A DNA stretch of 64,000 nucleotides from Chloroflexota bacterium (GTDB taxonomy: Bacteria; Chloroflexota; Dehalococcoidia; Lucifugimonadales; Lucifugimonadaceae), in assembly GCA_002721615.1 (NCBI GenBank), contig PBKW01000005.1, positions 239 to 64,238 of the forward strand, written 5' to 3'. Every line of letters begins with the position of its first letter. Position 1 is the stretch's first letter. The notes beneath the pieces are model-generated. The model did no database searches and was not told where the DNA came from. It was given only the letters and a program-made list of their open reading frames with translations. Positions 1-9,745 of the stretch are shown piece by piece. Position numbers and translations under genes: made by a program.

Positions 1-289
1 TTTCTATAAGCATTCCAAGTTCAAAGTGGCCAGTATGGTGACCTAAAGCAACAGGTTCTCCATCATTACCTCTCATGCCCCCTAGTGTGCTTAAAATCAT
101 AAATTGAGTTCCCCATAATTTTTTAGGATCCCATCCCATTCCGGTGTTTTGACTTTGAGCAAAAAGGTTACCGCTAGGTTCAGAAATTAATTGATCAGGC
201 GTGAATTCAATTTTTCCTGATGGACCTTTTGCATGTGTTGAAAAATCCCAACTTTTTTTATTAAATTTTTTATCTCCTAATATGTCCAT
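1..289 (-). CDS. IlvD/Edd-family sugar-acid dehydratase, N-terminal fragment (YjhG/YagF xylonate-dehydratase-like); gene continues past the window edge
   Basis: Not in the ORF track because it runs off the edge. Manual minus-strand translation from ATG 289-287 is open to position 1: MDILGDKKFNKKSWDFSTHAKGPSGKIEFTPDQLISEPSGNLFAQSQNTGMGWDPKKLWGTQFMILSTLGGMRGNDGEPVALGHHTGHFELGMLIE. The pattern TH-x-GP-x-G..PSG-LF..GMGW..LSTLGG-RG-DG-PVAL..H-GH-EL matches my recollection of the E. coli YjhG/YagF N-termini. Confidence 0.6.
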   Translation of the reverse strand, partial: MDILGDKKFNKKSWDFSTHAKGPSGKIEFTPDQLISEPSGNLFAQSQNTGMGWDPKKLWGTQFMILSTLGGMRGNDGEPVALGHHTGHFELGMLIE

Positions 290-914
290 AATTATATTTT
301 ATCAATTTACTGAATTTATTATTAAAATCGATTTTAGTTTTTTCAGAATTTTTAGAAGGAAATAAATTTCCTGGTTTGTATTCAGTAATTTTTAAAGTTT
401 TTTCAAAATTTTTATTAGACCAAATTGATAATAAGGTTTTTGAAAAATTATAGGAAAAATGATTATCTCTATTCAGGTTTTCATCAGTAATATTTATGGC
501 AAAACCTTCTTTTTTTTTAGAAGATAAATTTTTAGAAATTATTGAAATTAAATTTATAGGATTTCTAAAATGAATATTAAAGTTAGAGTCAAAATCATTA
601 CTATTAAAATTATTGAATTTATCATAGGTATATAAAGATGCATTATTGATAATTCCATGAATATTTTTAGTTTCTGAAAAAATTTTTTCTGAAATTAATT
701 CTATGGCATGATTTTTTGAAAGATCTAAATAAAGGGGATAAAAATTTTGATTATTAAACTTTTCCTTTAAATTTTTTGCTAGACTAATTGTTTTCTCTTC
801 AGATTTATAATAATGAAGTAAAAGACTGTAGTTTTTTTTTGCTAAAATTTTTGAAATCAGATTGCCTAACTTGCTTGATGCACCTGTTACAAGTACGTAT
901 TCATTCATTTTCAT
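270..914 (-). CDS. Short-chain dehydrogenase/reductase (SDR) family oxidoreductase, short form (214 aa)
   Basis: Rossmann motif VLVTGASSKLGNLI, NNAS, and catalytic Y-x3-K (SYNFSK). Overlaps the upstream amidohydrolase gene by 14 bp and the downstream dehydratase gene by 20 bp. Confidence 0.7.
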   Translation of the reverse strand: MKMNEYVLVTGASSKLGNLISKILAKKNYSLLLHYYKSEEKTISLAKNLKEKFNNQNFYPLYLDLSKNHAIELISEKIFSETKNIHGIINNASLYTYDKFNNFNSNDFDSNFNIHFRNPINLISIISKNLSSKKKEGFAINITDENLNRDNHFSYNFSKTLLSIWSNKNFEKTLKITEYKPGNLFPSKNSEKTKIDFNNKFSKLIKYNYGHIRR

Positions 915-1746
915 AATTTATATTAAAAATAGATTTTATATTTTTATAAGTGATGTTTTTTATATCTTCTTGGTTTAACTCTTTCATCTCGTTTAAAATT
1001 CTTTTAGCAGTTAAAAGAGGATAATCTGTTCCAAAAATTATTTTTTTTGATCCAACTAATTCACATGCAATCTTAAATATTTTTGAATCGTATAAAAAGC
1101 TAGTAGTAGCAGTATCATAGTAAACATTTTCAGAAACTTTTTTAACCTCTTTCATTAATTCATAAAAAAGTAAACCGCCACCCCAATGAGCTAGAATAAT
1201 AATGTTATCAGGGTACATCTCAATAAAATTAAAAAGTTTTTTGGGTCCAGATTCCCCTTTTCCTGGATATTTATGTCCTACTGGTTCAGATCCATGTATA
1301 GTGATAGGAATTTTTTCTGAACATGCTAATTTCATCATAGGATCTAAAACCTTTTTATCATTTAAATTCAAAAATTGATTAGTTGGATGTAACTCTCCAA
1401 TTCCTCTAGCACCTTTCCTCAAACATCTTTCAAGTTCTTTGATTGCTTTATTGCCCCAGTGAGGATTAATAGAACAGAATGGAATAAGTTTATTAGGAAA
1501 TAATTTATATTGATTCAAATTATAATTATTTGAAATTTTTGCAACTTCTATATTGTTCCAACCATAACCTAGGATAATAGATTTTCTAATATTGTTATTA
1601 TCCATTGATTGAATTAATTTTTGTCCTGTAATGGTTTTAGATTTTGAATTAGTAAATAATTCTTCAAAAGTAGAATCTTTTCCTAGTTTTTTTTGCTCTA
1701 AACTAAAATTTGAAGGAAGAATATGGGTATGTCCATCTATAATCAT
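901..1746 (-). CDS. Amidohydrolase-2 (TIM-barrel metal-dependent hydrolase) family protein, possible sugar lactonase
   Basis: Starts MIIDGHTHILP (HxH metal ligands). Later motifs are AHWGGG and FGTDYP (Asp ligand). 281 aa. Confidence 0.7.
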   Translation of the reverse strand: MIIDGHTHILPSNFSLEQKKLGKDSTFEELFTNSKSKTITGQKLIQSMDNNNIRKSIILGYGWNNIEVAKISNNYNLNQYKLFPNKLIPFCSINPHWGNKAIKELERCLRKGARGIGELHPTNQFLNLNDKKVLDPMMKLACSEKIPITIHGSEPVGHKYPGKGESGPKKLFNFIEMYPDNIIILAHWGGGLLFYELMKEVKKVSENVYYDTATTSFLYDSKIFKIACELVGSKKIIFGTDYPLLTAKRILNEMKELNQEDIKNITYKNIKSIFNINYENE

Positions 1747-1867
1747 TGTATATTATTTTTTTTGCTTCAATATTAAGCTTTAATAAGCTTATTCAAGTTG
1801 TTTATACTATTTATTAAACATTGTTATTTATAGTTATTCAATAAACTTATTATTAAGAAGGAATAAA

Positions 1868-2947
1868 TTGAAATCATTAGTAAGTGTATTATTTTCTCAT
1901 CCTAATAGAATTTTGGAAGATTATTCAAATTTATTAGACAGTATAGATTTTGAAAAATTTATTGATAAAAAAAATGAAACTTTATTAAAAGTGAACATAT
2001 CTTGGGATAAGTATTATCCAGGTTGCTCTACTGCGCCTTGGCAGTTAGAAGGAGTAATTAAAAAACTAAAAGATACTGGATTCTCTGAAATTATTTCAGC
2101 TCATAATGGAACAGTTGTAGTTGACCCAGAAGAAGGTAGAAAAAAGAATAAACATGATTTAGTTGAAAATAAGTATAAAATTCCTTATATTGTCCTTGAT
2201 TCTGGAGAAACAAAATGGATAAAATTTACCCCAAAATCCAAATTACTTGTGTTGGATAAAATTTTTCCTGATGGAATTTATATTCCAGAAATTTTTATGG
2301 GTAAAAATATTATTCATCTCCCAACTGTAAAAACTCATGTTTTTACTGGAATGACAGGTGCTATGAAAAATGCTTTTGGGGGATTATTAAATCGTAATCG
2401 TCATTGGACTCACTCTTCTATTCATGAAACTTTAGTAGATCTACTTATTATCCAAAAAGAAATTCACACAGGAATTTTAGCAGTCATGGATGGTACTTTT
2501 GCAGGTGAAGGTCCAGGTCCTAGAGCTACTAGAATTCATTCGAAAAATATAATTTTGGCAAGTTCAGATCAAGTTGCAATAGATTCTGTTTCAGCAAAAT
2601 TAATGGGTTTTGATCCTTTAAAAATTCCTAAAATCAGATTAGCTCATGAATTAGGGTTAGGAATTGGAGACCCAAGGCAAATAGAATTCAAAGGAGAAAA
2701 TGTTTCAAAAATAAATTGGAATTTTTCAAGGAAAGAAAATACTTTTGCTAGCTGGGGTCAAAAATTGATTTATTGGGGGCCACTCAAACCATTTGAAAAA
2801 TTATTGTTGAGAAGTAAGATTTCTCCATGGGCTTTTTGGGCATCAAATATATATCATAATTTTTATTGGTTTAGATTTATTGGTAATCAAAGAGTAAAAA
2901 AGGCGATGAAAACTGGATGGGGTCAGCTTTTTATGAAATATAAATAA
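1868..2947 (+). CDS. DUF362-domain protein with a Trp-rich C-terminal tail
   Basis: 359 aa with a TTG start preceded by GAAGGA. The segment VKTHVFTGMTGAMKNAFGGLL matches my recollection of the DUF362 signature. No 4Fe-4S ferredoxin Cys motifs. Confidence 0.55.
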   Translation: MKSLVSVLFSHPNRILEDYSNLLDSIDFEKFIDKKNETLLKVNISWDKYYPGCSTAPWQLEGVIKKLKDTGFSEIISAHNGTVVVDPEEGRKKNKHDLVENKYKIPYIVLDSGETKWIKFTPKSKLLVLDKIFPDGIYIPEIFMGKNIIHLPTVKTHVFTGMTGAMKNAFGGLLNRNRHWTHSSIHETLVDLLIIQKEIHTGILAVMDGTFAGEGPGPRATRIHSKNIILASSDQVAIDSVSAKLMGFDPLKIPKIRLAHELGLGIGDPRQIEFKGENVSKINWNFSRKENTFASWGQKLIYWGPLKPFEKLLLRSKISPWAFWASNIYHNFYWFRFIGNQRVKKAMKTGWGQLFMKYK

Positions 2948-2949
2948 AT

Positions 2950-4218
2950 TTATGTTCTTATATGACCAGATCCTTCTACAATCCATTTATAACTAGTTAA
3001 TGAATCAAGTCCCATAGGGCCACGGGCATGGAATTTATTAGTACTTATAGCAATTTCAGCCCCTAAACCAAACTCTCCTCCATCATTAAACCTTGTAGAT
3101 GCATTTGACATTACAGCTGATGCATCAATTTCTTTTAGAAAGGTATTTTTTACAATTTCATCTTTAGTTGAGATTGCTTCAGTGTGTCCAGATCCATATT
3201 TTTTGATATGATTAATAGCTTCTTCTAAAGATTTAACTGTTTTTATTGATATTTTTAAACTTAAAAATTCATTTCCCCAATCATTTTTATTAGCTTTTTT
3301 GATATTTGAATTATTTTTAAATTCTTTCTTTATCAGAGAAAATGTTGAATTGTCACATTTTATTTCTACATTTTTTGTTGTTAAAGCAGAAATAATTAAG
3401 GGGGTAAATTTCGGAGATATTTTTTCGTGTATTAATAAAGTATCTAGTGCATTGCAAACAGAAGGTCTTTGGGTTTTAGAATTAATAGCTATTTCAAGTG
3501 ATTGTTTTAAGTCAGCTGACTTATCAACATACAAATGGGTTACGCCAATCCCACCGACTATTGATGGCATAGTAGATTCTTTTGATACTAAATTTATTAA
3601 TTGTTCTCCTCCTCTCGGAATCATGAGATCTATATATCTATCCATTTTTAAGAGATCATTTATGGTAGATCTTTCAGTATTTTCAATGAATTGTACTGAT
3701 TCTTTGTTTATTCCTACTGAAGATAAGCTGTTTTTAATTAATTTTGATAAAAATAAATTAGTGTGAAATGATTCTTTTCCACCTCTTAAAATTACAGAAT
3801 TTCCTGTTTTCAAACATAATGATGCAATATCAATTGTTACGTTAGGTCTGCTTTCATATATAACCCCAATTACACCTAATGATACTTTTACTCTAGAAAT
3901 TTTTAGGCCATCTTTTCTAATGTTTTTATCTATAATTTTTCCTATAGGATCAGTTAGGTCTACAATTTTATTTACTTGATTAATTAAATCTTCAATTCTT
4001 TCATTATTTAATTTCAATCTATCTAGAAAAGCATCCCCTAGATTTTTGCTTATAGACAAATCCTTTTGGTTTTCTTTAATAATTTTTGATGAATATTTTC
4101 TTAAATTACCTGCAAGAAGTTTTAAGGCTTTATTTTTTTTCTCAGTAGAAGTGATTCCTAATTCATAAGATGCTGATTTTGCTTTTTCTGCTTGTATAAT
4201 TACTGATTTTGTGCTCAT
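2950..4218 (-). CDS. proA: Gamma-glutamyl phosphate reductase
   Basis: 422 aa ALDH-fold protein with catalytic Cys context RPSVCNALDTLLIH. Lies 10 bp downstream of proB on the same strand. Confidence 0.95.
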   Translation of the reverse strand: MSTKSVIIQAEKAKSASYELGITSTEKKNKALKLLAGNLRKYSSKIIKENQKDLSISKNLGDAFLDRLKLNNERIEDLINQVNKIVDLTDPIGKIIDKNIRKDGLKISRVKVSLGVIGVIYESRPNVTIDIASLCLKTGNSVILRGGKESFHTNLFLSKLIKNSLSSVGINKESVQFIENTERSTINDLLKMDRYIDLMIPRGGEQLINLVSKESTMPSIVGGIGVTHLYVDKSADLKQSLEIAINSKTQRPSVCNALDTLLIHEKISPKFTPLIISALTTKNVEIKCDNSTFSLIKKEFKNNSNIKKANKNDWGNEFLSLKISIKTVKSLEEAINHIKKYGSGHTEAISTKDEIVKNTFLKEIDASAVMSNASTRFNDGGEFGLGAEIAISTNKFHARGPMGLDSLTSYKWIVEGSGHIRT

Positions 4219-4228
4219 TATAGGAAAT

Positions 4229-5392
4229 TTAATTTTCTCTAGATATTACTAAATTATCTCTATGGATAATTTCTGGTTCATGTTTTTTATTTATTAATTC
4301 TGTAATATTTTTAGAATCTTTGCCTTTAATTAATTTTATGTCATTAGAAGAATAGTTGGAAATTCCCCAAGCAAATGTAGTTCCTGAATCTGATTTTATT
4401 GATATGATATCTCCTCGATAAAAATCACCTTTTATGTTTAATATGCCGGCGGGCAATAAACTTGCTCCTTTTTCTAATATTGCTTTTGTTGCGCCTTCAT
4501 CAACTATGAGTATCCCTTTACTTTCATAAATTCCAGTTGAAAGCCATCTTTTTTTGCTTTCTAATTTTTTTCCAGAGCTACTAATTGTTGTTCCTATTTT
4601 TTGTCCTTCTATAATTTTTATTATTACATTGTCTAGTTTTCCTGATGCTATTACTACTTTTGTTCCAGATTTTGTAGCTAATGACGCTGCTTCAATTTTA
4701 CTTTTCATTCCTCCTGAACCTACATTATCACTAGAATCACCTGATATATTAATAACCTCATTATTTATTTCTTCTATAGAATTGATCAATTTCGCATCTT
4801 TATTAAATTTAGGATCAGATGTAAAAATTCCTTCAATATCTCCAAGAAGAATAAGTAAATCTGCATCAATTGCATTTGCGATCATTGCTGATAATCTATC
4901 ATTGTCCCCATATATCTCTCCTTCTAGTTCATCTACTGAAACAACATCATTTTCATTGATGATAGGAACAGCTTTTTGATTCATGAGGTTTTCTAGAGTA
5001 TTCCTGATATTCAGGTAGCCTAGACGATTTTGAAGATCACTTCTAGAAATTAAAGCTTGACCAACAATTAAATTGTGTTTTTGAAAATACTTAGAATATA
5101 AACTTATTAATGGTGCTTGCCCTAAGGAAGCTAAAGTTTGTTTATAAGTAAGTGTTTTTTTACTAATTCTTAAATCAGATTTTTGGGTTTTTAATATACT
5201 TTTCCCTGATGCAACTGCACCAGATGTAACTATTAAGACTTGAATATTCTTTTTTATCAATAATGAAACTTGATCAACAATTTTTTCTATAATTGATTCA
5301 TCAATGTTTTTATTTTTATTGGTAATCAATTGAGTTCCAATTTTTACCAAGATTCTTTTATGTTCTTTCATATTTTTAACTTTTGAATACAA
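4229..5392 (-). CDS. proB: Glutamate 5-kinase
   Basis: 387 aa with the amino-acid-kinase N-terminus RILVKIGT and a C-terminal PUA-like domain. The true start may be the internal Met 7 codons downstream (MKEHKR). Confidence 0.93.
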   Translation of the reverse strand: MYSKVKNMKEHKRILVKIGTQLITNKNKNIDESIIEKIVDQVSLLIKKNIQVLIVTSGAVASGKSILKTQKSDLRISKKTLTYKQTLASLGQAPLISLYSKYFQKHNLIVGQALISRSDLQNRLGYLNIRNTLENLMNQKAVPIINENDVVSVDELEGEIYGDNDRLSAMIANAIDADLLILLGDIEGIFTSDPKFNKDAKLINSIEEINNEVINISGDSSDNVGSGGMKSKIEAASLATKSGTKVVIASGKLDNVIIKIIEGQKIGTTISSSGKKLESKKRWLSTGIYESKGILIVDEGATKAILEKGASLLPAGILNIKGDFYRGDIISIKSDSGTTFAWGISNYSSNDIKLIKGKDSKNITELINKKHEPEIIHRDNLVISREN

Positions 5393-5519
5393 ATTGTCAG
5401 TTATAGACTAACATTTTGAATTTCTAGATTAAATGTATAGTTGTTATTTTTTAAGGGAAAATTTAGTTATTATTAAAATAATTGATTCTAAAAACATATT
5501 TTTTTAAAAGCTAAAATAG

Positions 5520-8500
5520 ATGAATTATTCAAATTTATTAAAAAAAATTTCCCTTAAAGAATATGATTCTTTTTTAAATTCTAATTTGTCCACAAATTTT
5601 TCAGATTTTTGGATTAATGTTACTGATAACGCTTTGAGTTTTTTAATTTCTGTTTTATCAGAAAGAACTAAAAAATCTCTTTTTGTTTTGACCCCTTACC
5701 CAGAACAATCTTTATTTTTACATCAACATTTGACTAAATGGTTAGATGATTCAATTAAAGTTTTAAGATTTCCTGAAATTAATATTTCTCCATTTGATGT
5801 ATCTAAAACTGATGTTTTAAGCAGTATGAATAGAGCTGGAATATTAGCAAATATAAAAAATAAAAATCAAAAGTCGATTATTTTATCTTCTACACTTGCA
5901 GCTTCTGAGAAAACTATGAATTTAGAACTTTTTGAAAGTAATGATCATTTGAAGCTAAAAAAAGGACAAGTATTATCATTGTCTGATTTTACAAAAAAAT
6001 TAGTAAAACTTGGATATGATATTTTCCCATATGTTTTGGAGCCAGGAAATATAGCAATAAGAGGTAGTATTGTAGATGTTTTCCCTTCTAATCTTAAAAA
6101 TCCAATTAGAGTAGAGTTTTTTGATAATCAAATTGAAAGCATCAGGAATTTTGATGTGAACACTCAAATTTCAATTGAAATTATTAAAGAAGCTTTTATA
6201 TTTTCTAGATTTGAAGCCCCCACTGCTTTAATTGATGAAAAACTATTAGAAAAAAAAATATCTAAATGTGATTTTTCAAATTGCGATATAAGTACTTTAG
6301 AACATTATCAATCAGATTTTGCAAAAATTATTTCAGGTCAATTGTCTTATAAGGAATATTTTAAATATGGAGGTTTTTTTAATGATAATTCAATATTTGA
6401 TTATATCGATTCTGATTATTTATTAATTCTCTTGAGGCCCTCAGAAATTGAAAATGTTTGTAAGCAAGTATTTAGTAGATTTTTAGAGATAAAATCTCGT
6501 AAAGAAAAGGAAGGAGAAATTCCGTTAAAATATCCAGATAATCGTCTGTCTTGGAATGAAATAGAAGAAAAATTAAATAAACATAAAAGAAAAGTTGTTA
6601 TATCTCCTCGATTTCCAACAAATAAAAAAGATAGAATTTTTGAAAAAATTAACTCAAAAGTGATTCCTATTAATTATGATGTTAATTTAAACGATCCTCT
6701 TAATTCTGTCCGAGAAAAAATATCAAGTGAAATGAATTCAAGTGTAATTTTATTGATAGTTACTCTTAATTATGCTCGTGTACTTGAAGCATTGAAAGGA
6801 ATGGAATATCAAATTGATGAAGAAAAATCTCAATCAAAAAATATTCCAAGTTTTGAGCAAGGTTCAATTACCTTGAAAGAAGATTATTTAAGAGAAGGTT
6901 TTGAAATAAGAATTTCTAAAGAGAAAACATTAAAAGTTCTAACTGATTATGAATTATTTGGAGTAAAAAGAAAAACAACAATTATTGAAGAAAAAAGAAA
7001 TAAAAAAAAGTTAGATTTTAATTTATTGATGCCTGGCTCTTATGTGGTTCATCAAAAACATGGAATTGGAAAATTTTTGAAAATAACTAAAGTCAAAAAT
7101 CAAGGTGATCGTGAATTTCTAGAAATAGAATATGCTTCTCAGGATAGAATATTTCTTCCTGTAGATGAAATTTATCAAATAGAAAAATATCTTGGTCCCT
7201 CACATCCTCAACCTAAATTGACTAGATTGGGTGGTAATTATTGGAAAAAAGCAAAATTATCAGCCAAACATTCTACTGAAGAATTAGCATCAGATTTATT
7301 ATCTTTACAATCCTCCAGGATGAAAGTCAAAGGATTAAAGTGTGATAAAGATACCGTTTGGCAGAATGCATTAGAATCTAGTTTTCCTTTTATAGAAACA
7401 GAAGATCAAGTTAAAACTTTAGAAGAGATTAAAAAGGATCTTGAGAAAAATGTTCCAATGGATCGAGTATTGTGTGGTGATGTGGGTTTTGGAAAAACTG
7501 AAATCGCTGTGAGAGCATCATTCAAAGTTATACAGAGTGGCAGACAAGTAGCGATTCTTGTGCCTACTACAGTCTTAGCGGAGCAACATTTTCATACTTT
7601 TACTGAAAGGCTGAAGCCTTTTCCAGTTAAGGTAAGTTCATTAAGTAGATTCTTAAAAGGTTCTGAAGAAACTAAAGTTTTAAAAGGTTTATCTAGTGGA
7701 TCTTTAGATTTATGTATAGGAACTCATAGGCTTCTTCAAAGAGATGTGAGTTTCAATAATTTAGGTTTGATTATTATTGATGAAGAACATAGATTTGGAG
7801 TGAAAGCAAAAGAACAATTAAAGAAACTTCGAGTACAAGTAGATATACTTTCAATGACTGCAACTCCTATTCCTAGAACATTAAATTTGGCATTATCAGG
7901 AATTAGAGATTTAAGTTCTCTTCAAATTCCACCTGATGAACGAGTTCCTGTAGAAACTTTTGTGATGGATGAAGAAGATTTAGTTATTAGAGAAGCCATA
8001 CTTAGAGAGAGAGATAGAAATGGTCAAGTTTTTGTTGTTCATAATAGAATTCATGATATTCAAAATATTGAAAATCGTTTATCTAAATTAATTCCTGAAG
8101 TTGAGATTAGATTTGCGCATGGAAGAATGAGTGAGGAAAATTTACGTGAAATAATGAATGATTTTACTCAAGAAAAATTTGAAGTGTTAGTTTGTACTAC
8201 GATTATTGAATCAGGAATAGATCTACCCAATGTTAATACTATAATTGTTTTTAAGGCTGATCAATTTGGTCTAGCTCAGTTGTATCAGTTGAGGGGAAGA
8301 GTAGGAAGATCTGAAAAACAAGCATATGCATATTTTTTGCTATCACCTGGATCTAAATTAACCTTAAAAGCTGAACAAAGATTAGAGGCTATTATGTCTG
8401 CTACAGAATTAGGTTCAGGAGTAGAATTAGCTATGAGAGATATGGAGATTCGAGGTGCAGGAAATGTTTTAGGCGCAGAGCAAAGTGGTTTTATATCATT

Positions 8501-9035
8501 AGTTGGCATGAATATGTACTCTAAATTGCTTAATCAATCTGTAAAAAAACTGAAATTCGGAGAAGAATTTTATTCAGATGAAGATCAAAATATTTTGATT
8601 GATTTAGACATTAACTCTGATATACCTAATACATATATTCCTGATTTATCTGCAAGATTGAGTTTATATCAAACGATTTTAGGGAAAAATTCTATAGAAG
8701 ATCTAGAAATAATAGAGGAAGAAATTTTAGATCGTTTTGGTGTTCTTCCTGATCCTGTAAAAATTTTAATAGAAAAATCAAAAATGAGATTATATTGTAA
8801 AGAAATTGATATTATCTCAGTTAAGAAAAATGGAGATTTTTTTTCCTTGAGATTTAATTATTCGATTAGTTCTATAAAAAATATTATTAGAGATTTATTA
8901 GATCAAGAAGTTCATATTGGGTATTCACATATAAAAATTGAAAATAAATTATCTGATCTTAAATTTGTGAAAAATATGAATGAAATCTTAAAAAAATTGT
9001 TAGATTTAAAATCTCGATTAATTAATGCTTTTTAA
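5520..9035 (+). CDS. mfd: Transcription-repair coupling factor
   Basis: 1171 aa. Helicase motif I GDVGFGKTE, motif II DEEHRFG, and a TRG-like region QLRGRVGR. Confidence 0.95.
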   Translation: MNYSNLLKKISLKEYDSFLNSNLSTNFSDFWINVTDNALSFLISVLSERTKKSLFVLTPYPEQSLFLHQHLTKWLDDSIKVLRFPEINISPFDVSKTDVLSSMNRAGILANIKNKNQKSIILSSTLAASEKTMNLELFESNDHLKLKKGQVLSLSDFTKKLVKLGYDIFPYVLEPGNIAIRGSIVDVFPSNLKNPIRVEFFDNQIESIRNFDVNTQISIEIIKEAFIFSRFEAPTALIDEKLLEKKISKCDFSNCDISTLEHYQSDFAKIISGQLSYKEYFKYGGFFNDNSIFDYIDSDYLLILLRPSEIENVCKQVFSRFLEIKSRKEKEGEIPLKYPDNRLSWNEIEEKLNKHKRKVVISPRFPTNKKDRIFEKINSKVIPINYDVNLNDPLNSVREKISSEMNSSVILLIVTLNYARVLEALKGMEYQIDEEKSQSKNIPSFEQGSITLKEDYLREGFEIRISKEKTLKVLTDYELFGVKRKTTIIEEKRNKKKLDFNLLMPGSYVVHQKHGIGKFLKITKVKNQGDREFLEIEYASQDRIFLPVDEIYQIEKYLGPSHPQPKLTRLGGNYWKKAKLSAKHSTEELASDLLSLQSSRMKVKGLKCDKDTVWQNALESSFPFIETEDQVKTLEEIKKDLEKNVPMDRVLCGDVGFGKTEIAVRASFKVIQSGRQVAILVPTTVLAEQHFHTFTERLKPFPVKVSSLSRFLKGSEETKVLKGLSSGSLDLCIGTHRLLQRDVSFNNLGLIIIDEEHRFGVKAKEQLKKLRVQVDILSMTATPIPRTLNLALSGIRDLSSLQIPPDERVPVETFVMDEEDLVIREAILRERDRNGQVFVVHNRIHDIQNIENRLSKLIPEVEIRFAHGRMSEENLREIMNDFTQEKFEVLVCTTIIESGIDLPNVNTIIVFKADQFGLAQLYQLRGRVGRSEKQAYAYFLLSPGSKLTLKAEQRLEAIMSATELGSGVELAMRDMEIRGAGNVLGAEQSGFISLVGMNMYSKLLNQSVKKLKFGEEFYSDEDQNILIDLDINSDIPNTYIPDLSARLSLYQTILGKNSIEDLEIIEEEILDRFGVLPDPVKILIEKSKMRLYCKEIDIISVKKNGDFFSLRFNYSISSIKNIIRDLLDQEVHIGYSHIKIENKLSDLKFVKNMNEILKKLLDLKSRLINAF

Positions 9036-9739
9036 ATTTTTGAGAGCACATTTTTTAAATTATTTAAAGTGTTAATTTTTAATGATTCTTTGTAATTTGT
9101 ATGTAAATTTTGTCTGTCTATTAGAATAGCTTCTATTCTGACATTTTTTGCTCCATAAATATCTGATTCTATTTGATCACCTATATGTACAGTTTTTTTA
9201 GGAGATGTTTTAGCTAAATTAAGAGCTTTAATGAATATTTCAGGTGCAGGTTTTGTTTTTCCAACTTCTGAAGAAGTGACCATAAAATCTATTAAATGAT
9301 TTATATTTAATGATTCTAATAATTTTGAAGAATTTATTTCAATGTTAGATAGAATTCCTATTTGAATTTTATCATTTTTTAATTCTTCTAAACAATTTTT
9401 AACATCATCAAATAATTTAAATCTTGTTGGATAAGCATATATATTATTCCAAATTTTTGATGCTAAGTTTTTGTCTATATTGGGATGATCTTCTCTTAAG
9501 ATTAAAGTTTCATAGTGAGTGAAAAAAGATAATTTATCTTGAGGAGACAATTTTCTGATAGGCTTTTTGGCTATTTCTTTTGACATCCACTCATCTGCTT
9601 TTAAGTAACCTTTTATAATTCCTTCTTTGGTTACATTTAGTCCAAATTTTTTGGCTGATAATTTCTGGATTTCCTCTTTAGGAGGATAGAAAGTAGCTAA
9701 TGTGTTATAAAAATCAAAAAATACTGTATTAAATTTCAT
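9032..9739 (-). CDS. HAD-superfamily hydrolase, subfamily IA, with atypical motif I (D-x-Y)
   Basis: Motif I FFDFYNTL, motif II ILSN, Lys in GKTKP, motif IV HIGDQIESD. 4-bp stop-stop overlap with mfd. Confidence 0.8.
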   Translation of the reverse strand: MKFNTVFFDFYNTLATFYPPKEEIQKLSAKKFGLNVTKEGIIKGYLKADEWMSKEIAKKPIRKLSPQDKLSFFTHYETLILREDHPNIDKNLASKIWNNIYAYPTRFKLFDDVKNCLEELKNDKIQIGILSNIEINSSKLLESLNINHLIDFMVTSSEVGKTKPAPEIFIKALNLAKTSPKKTVHIGDQIESDIYGAKNVRIEAILIDRQNLHTNYKESLKINTLNNLKNVLSKI

Positions 9740-9745
9740 AAAAAT

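Noticed and set aside
510-840. T9 homopolymer runs (510-518 and 832-840) inside the short SDR gene, considered as possible slipped-strand phase-variation sites.
   Set aside because: They encode Lys-Lys-Lys on the coding strand. Such AAA runs are frequent throughout this AT-rich window, including in housekeeping genes. There is no evidence of frameshifted variants.
3299-4979. Plus-strand ORFs of 155 aa (3299-3766) and 141 aa (4554-4979) inside proA and proB.
   Set aside because: They are fully antisense to well-supported conserved genes. Their translations are low-complexity Ile/Phe/Ser/Leu-rich strings with no recognisable motifs or RBS. These are typical shadow ORFs.
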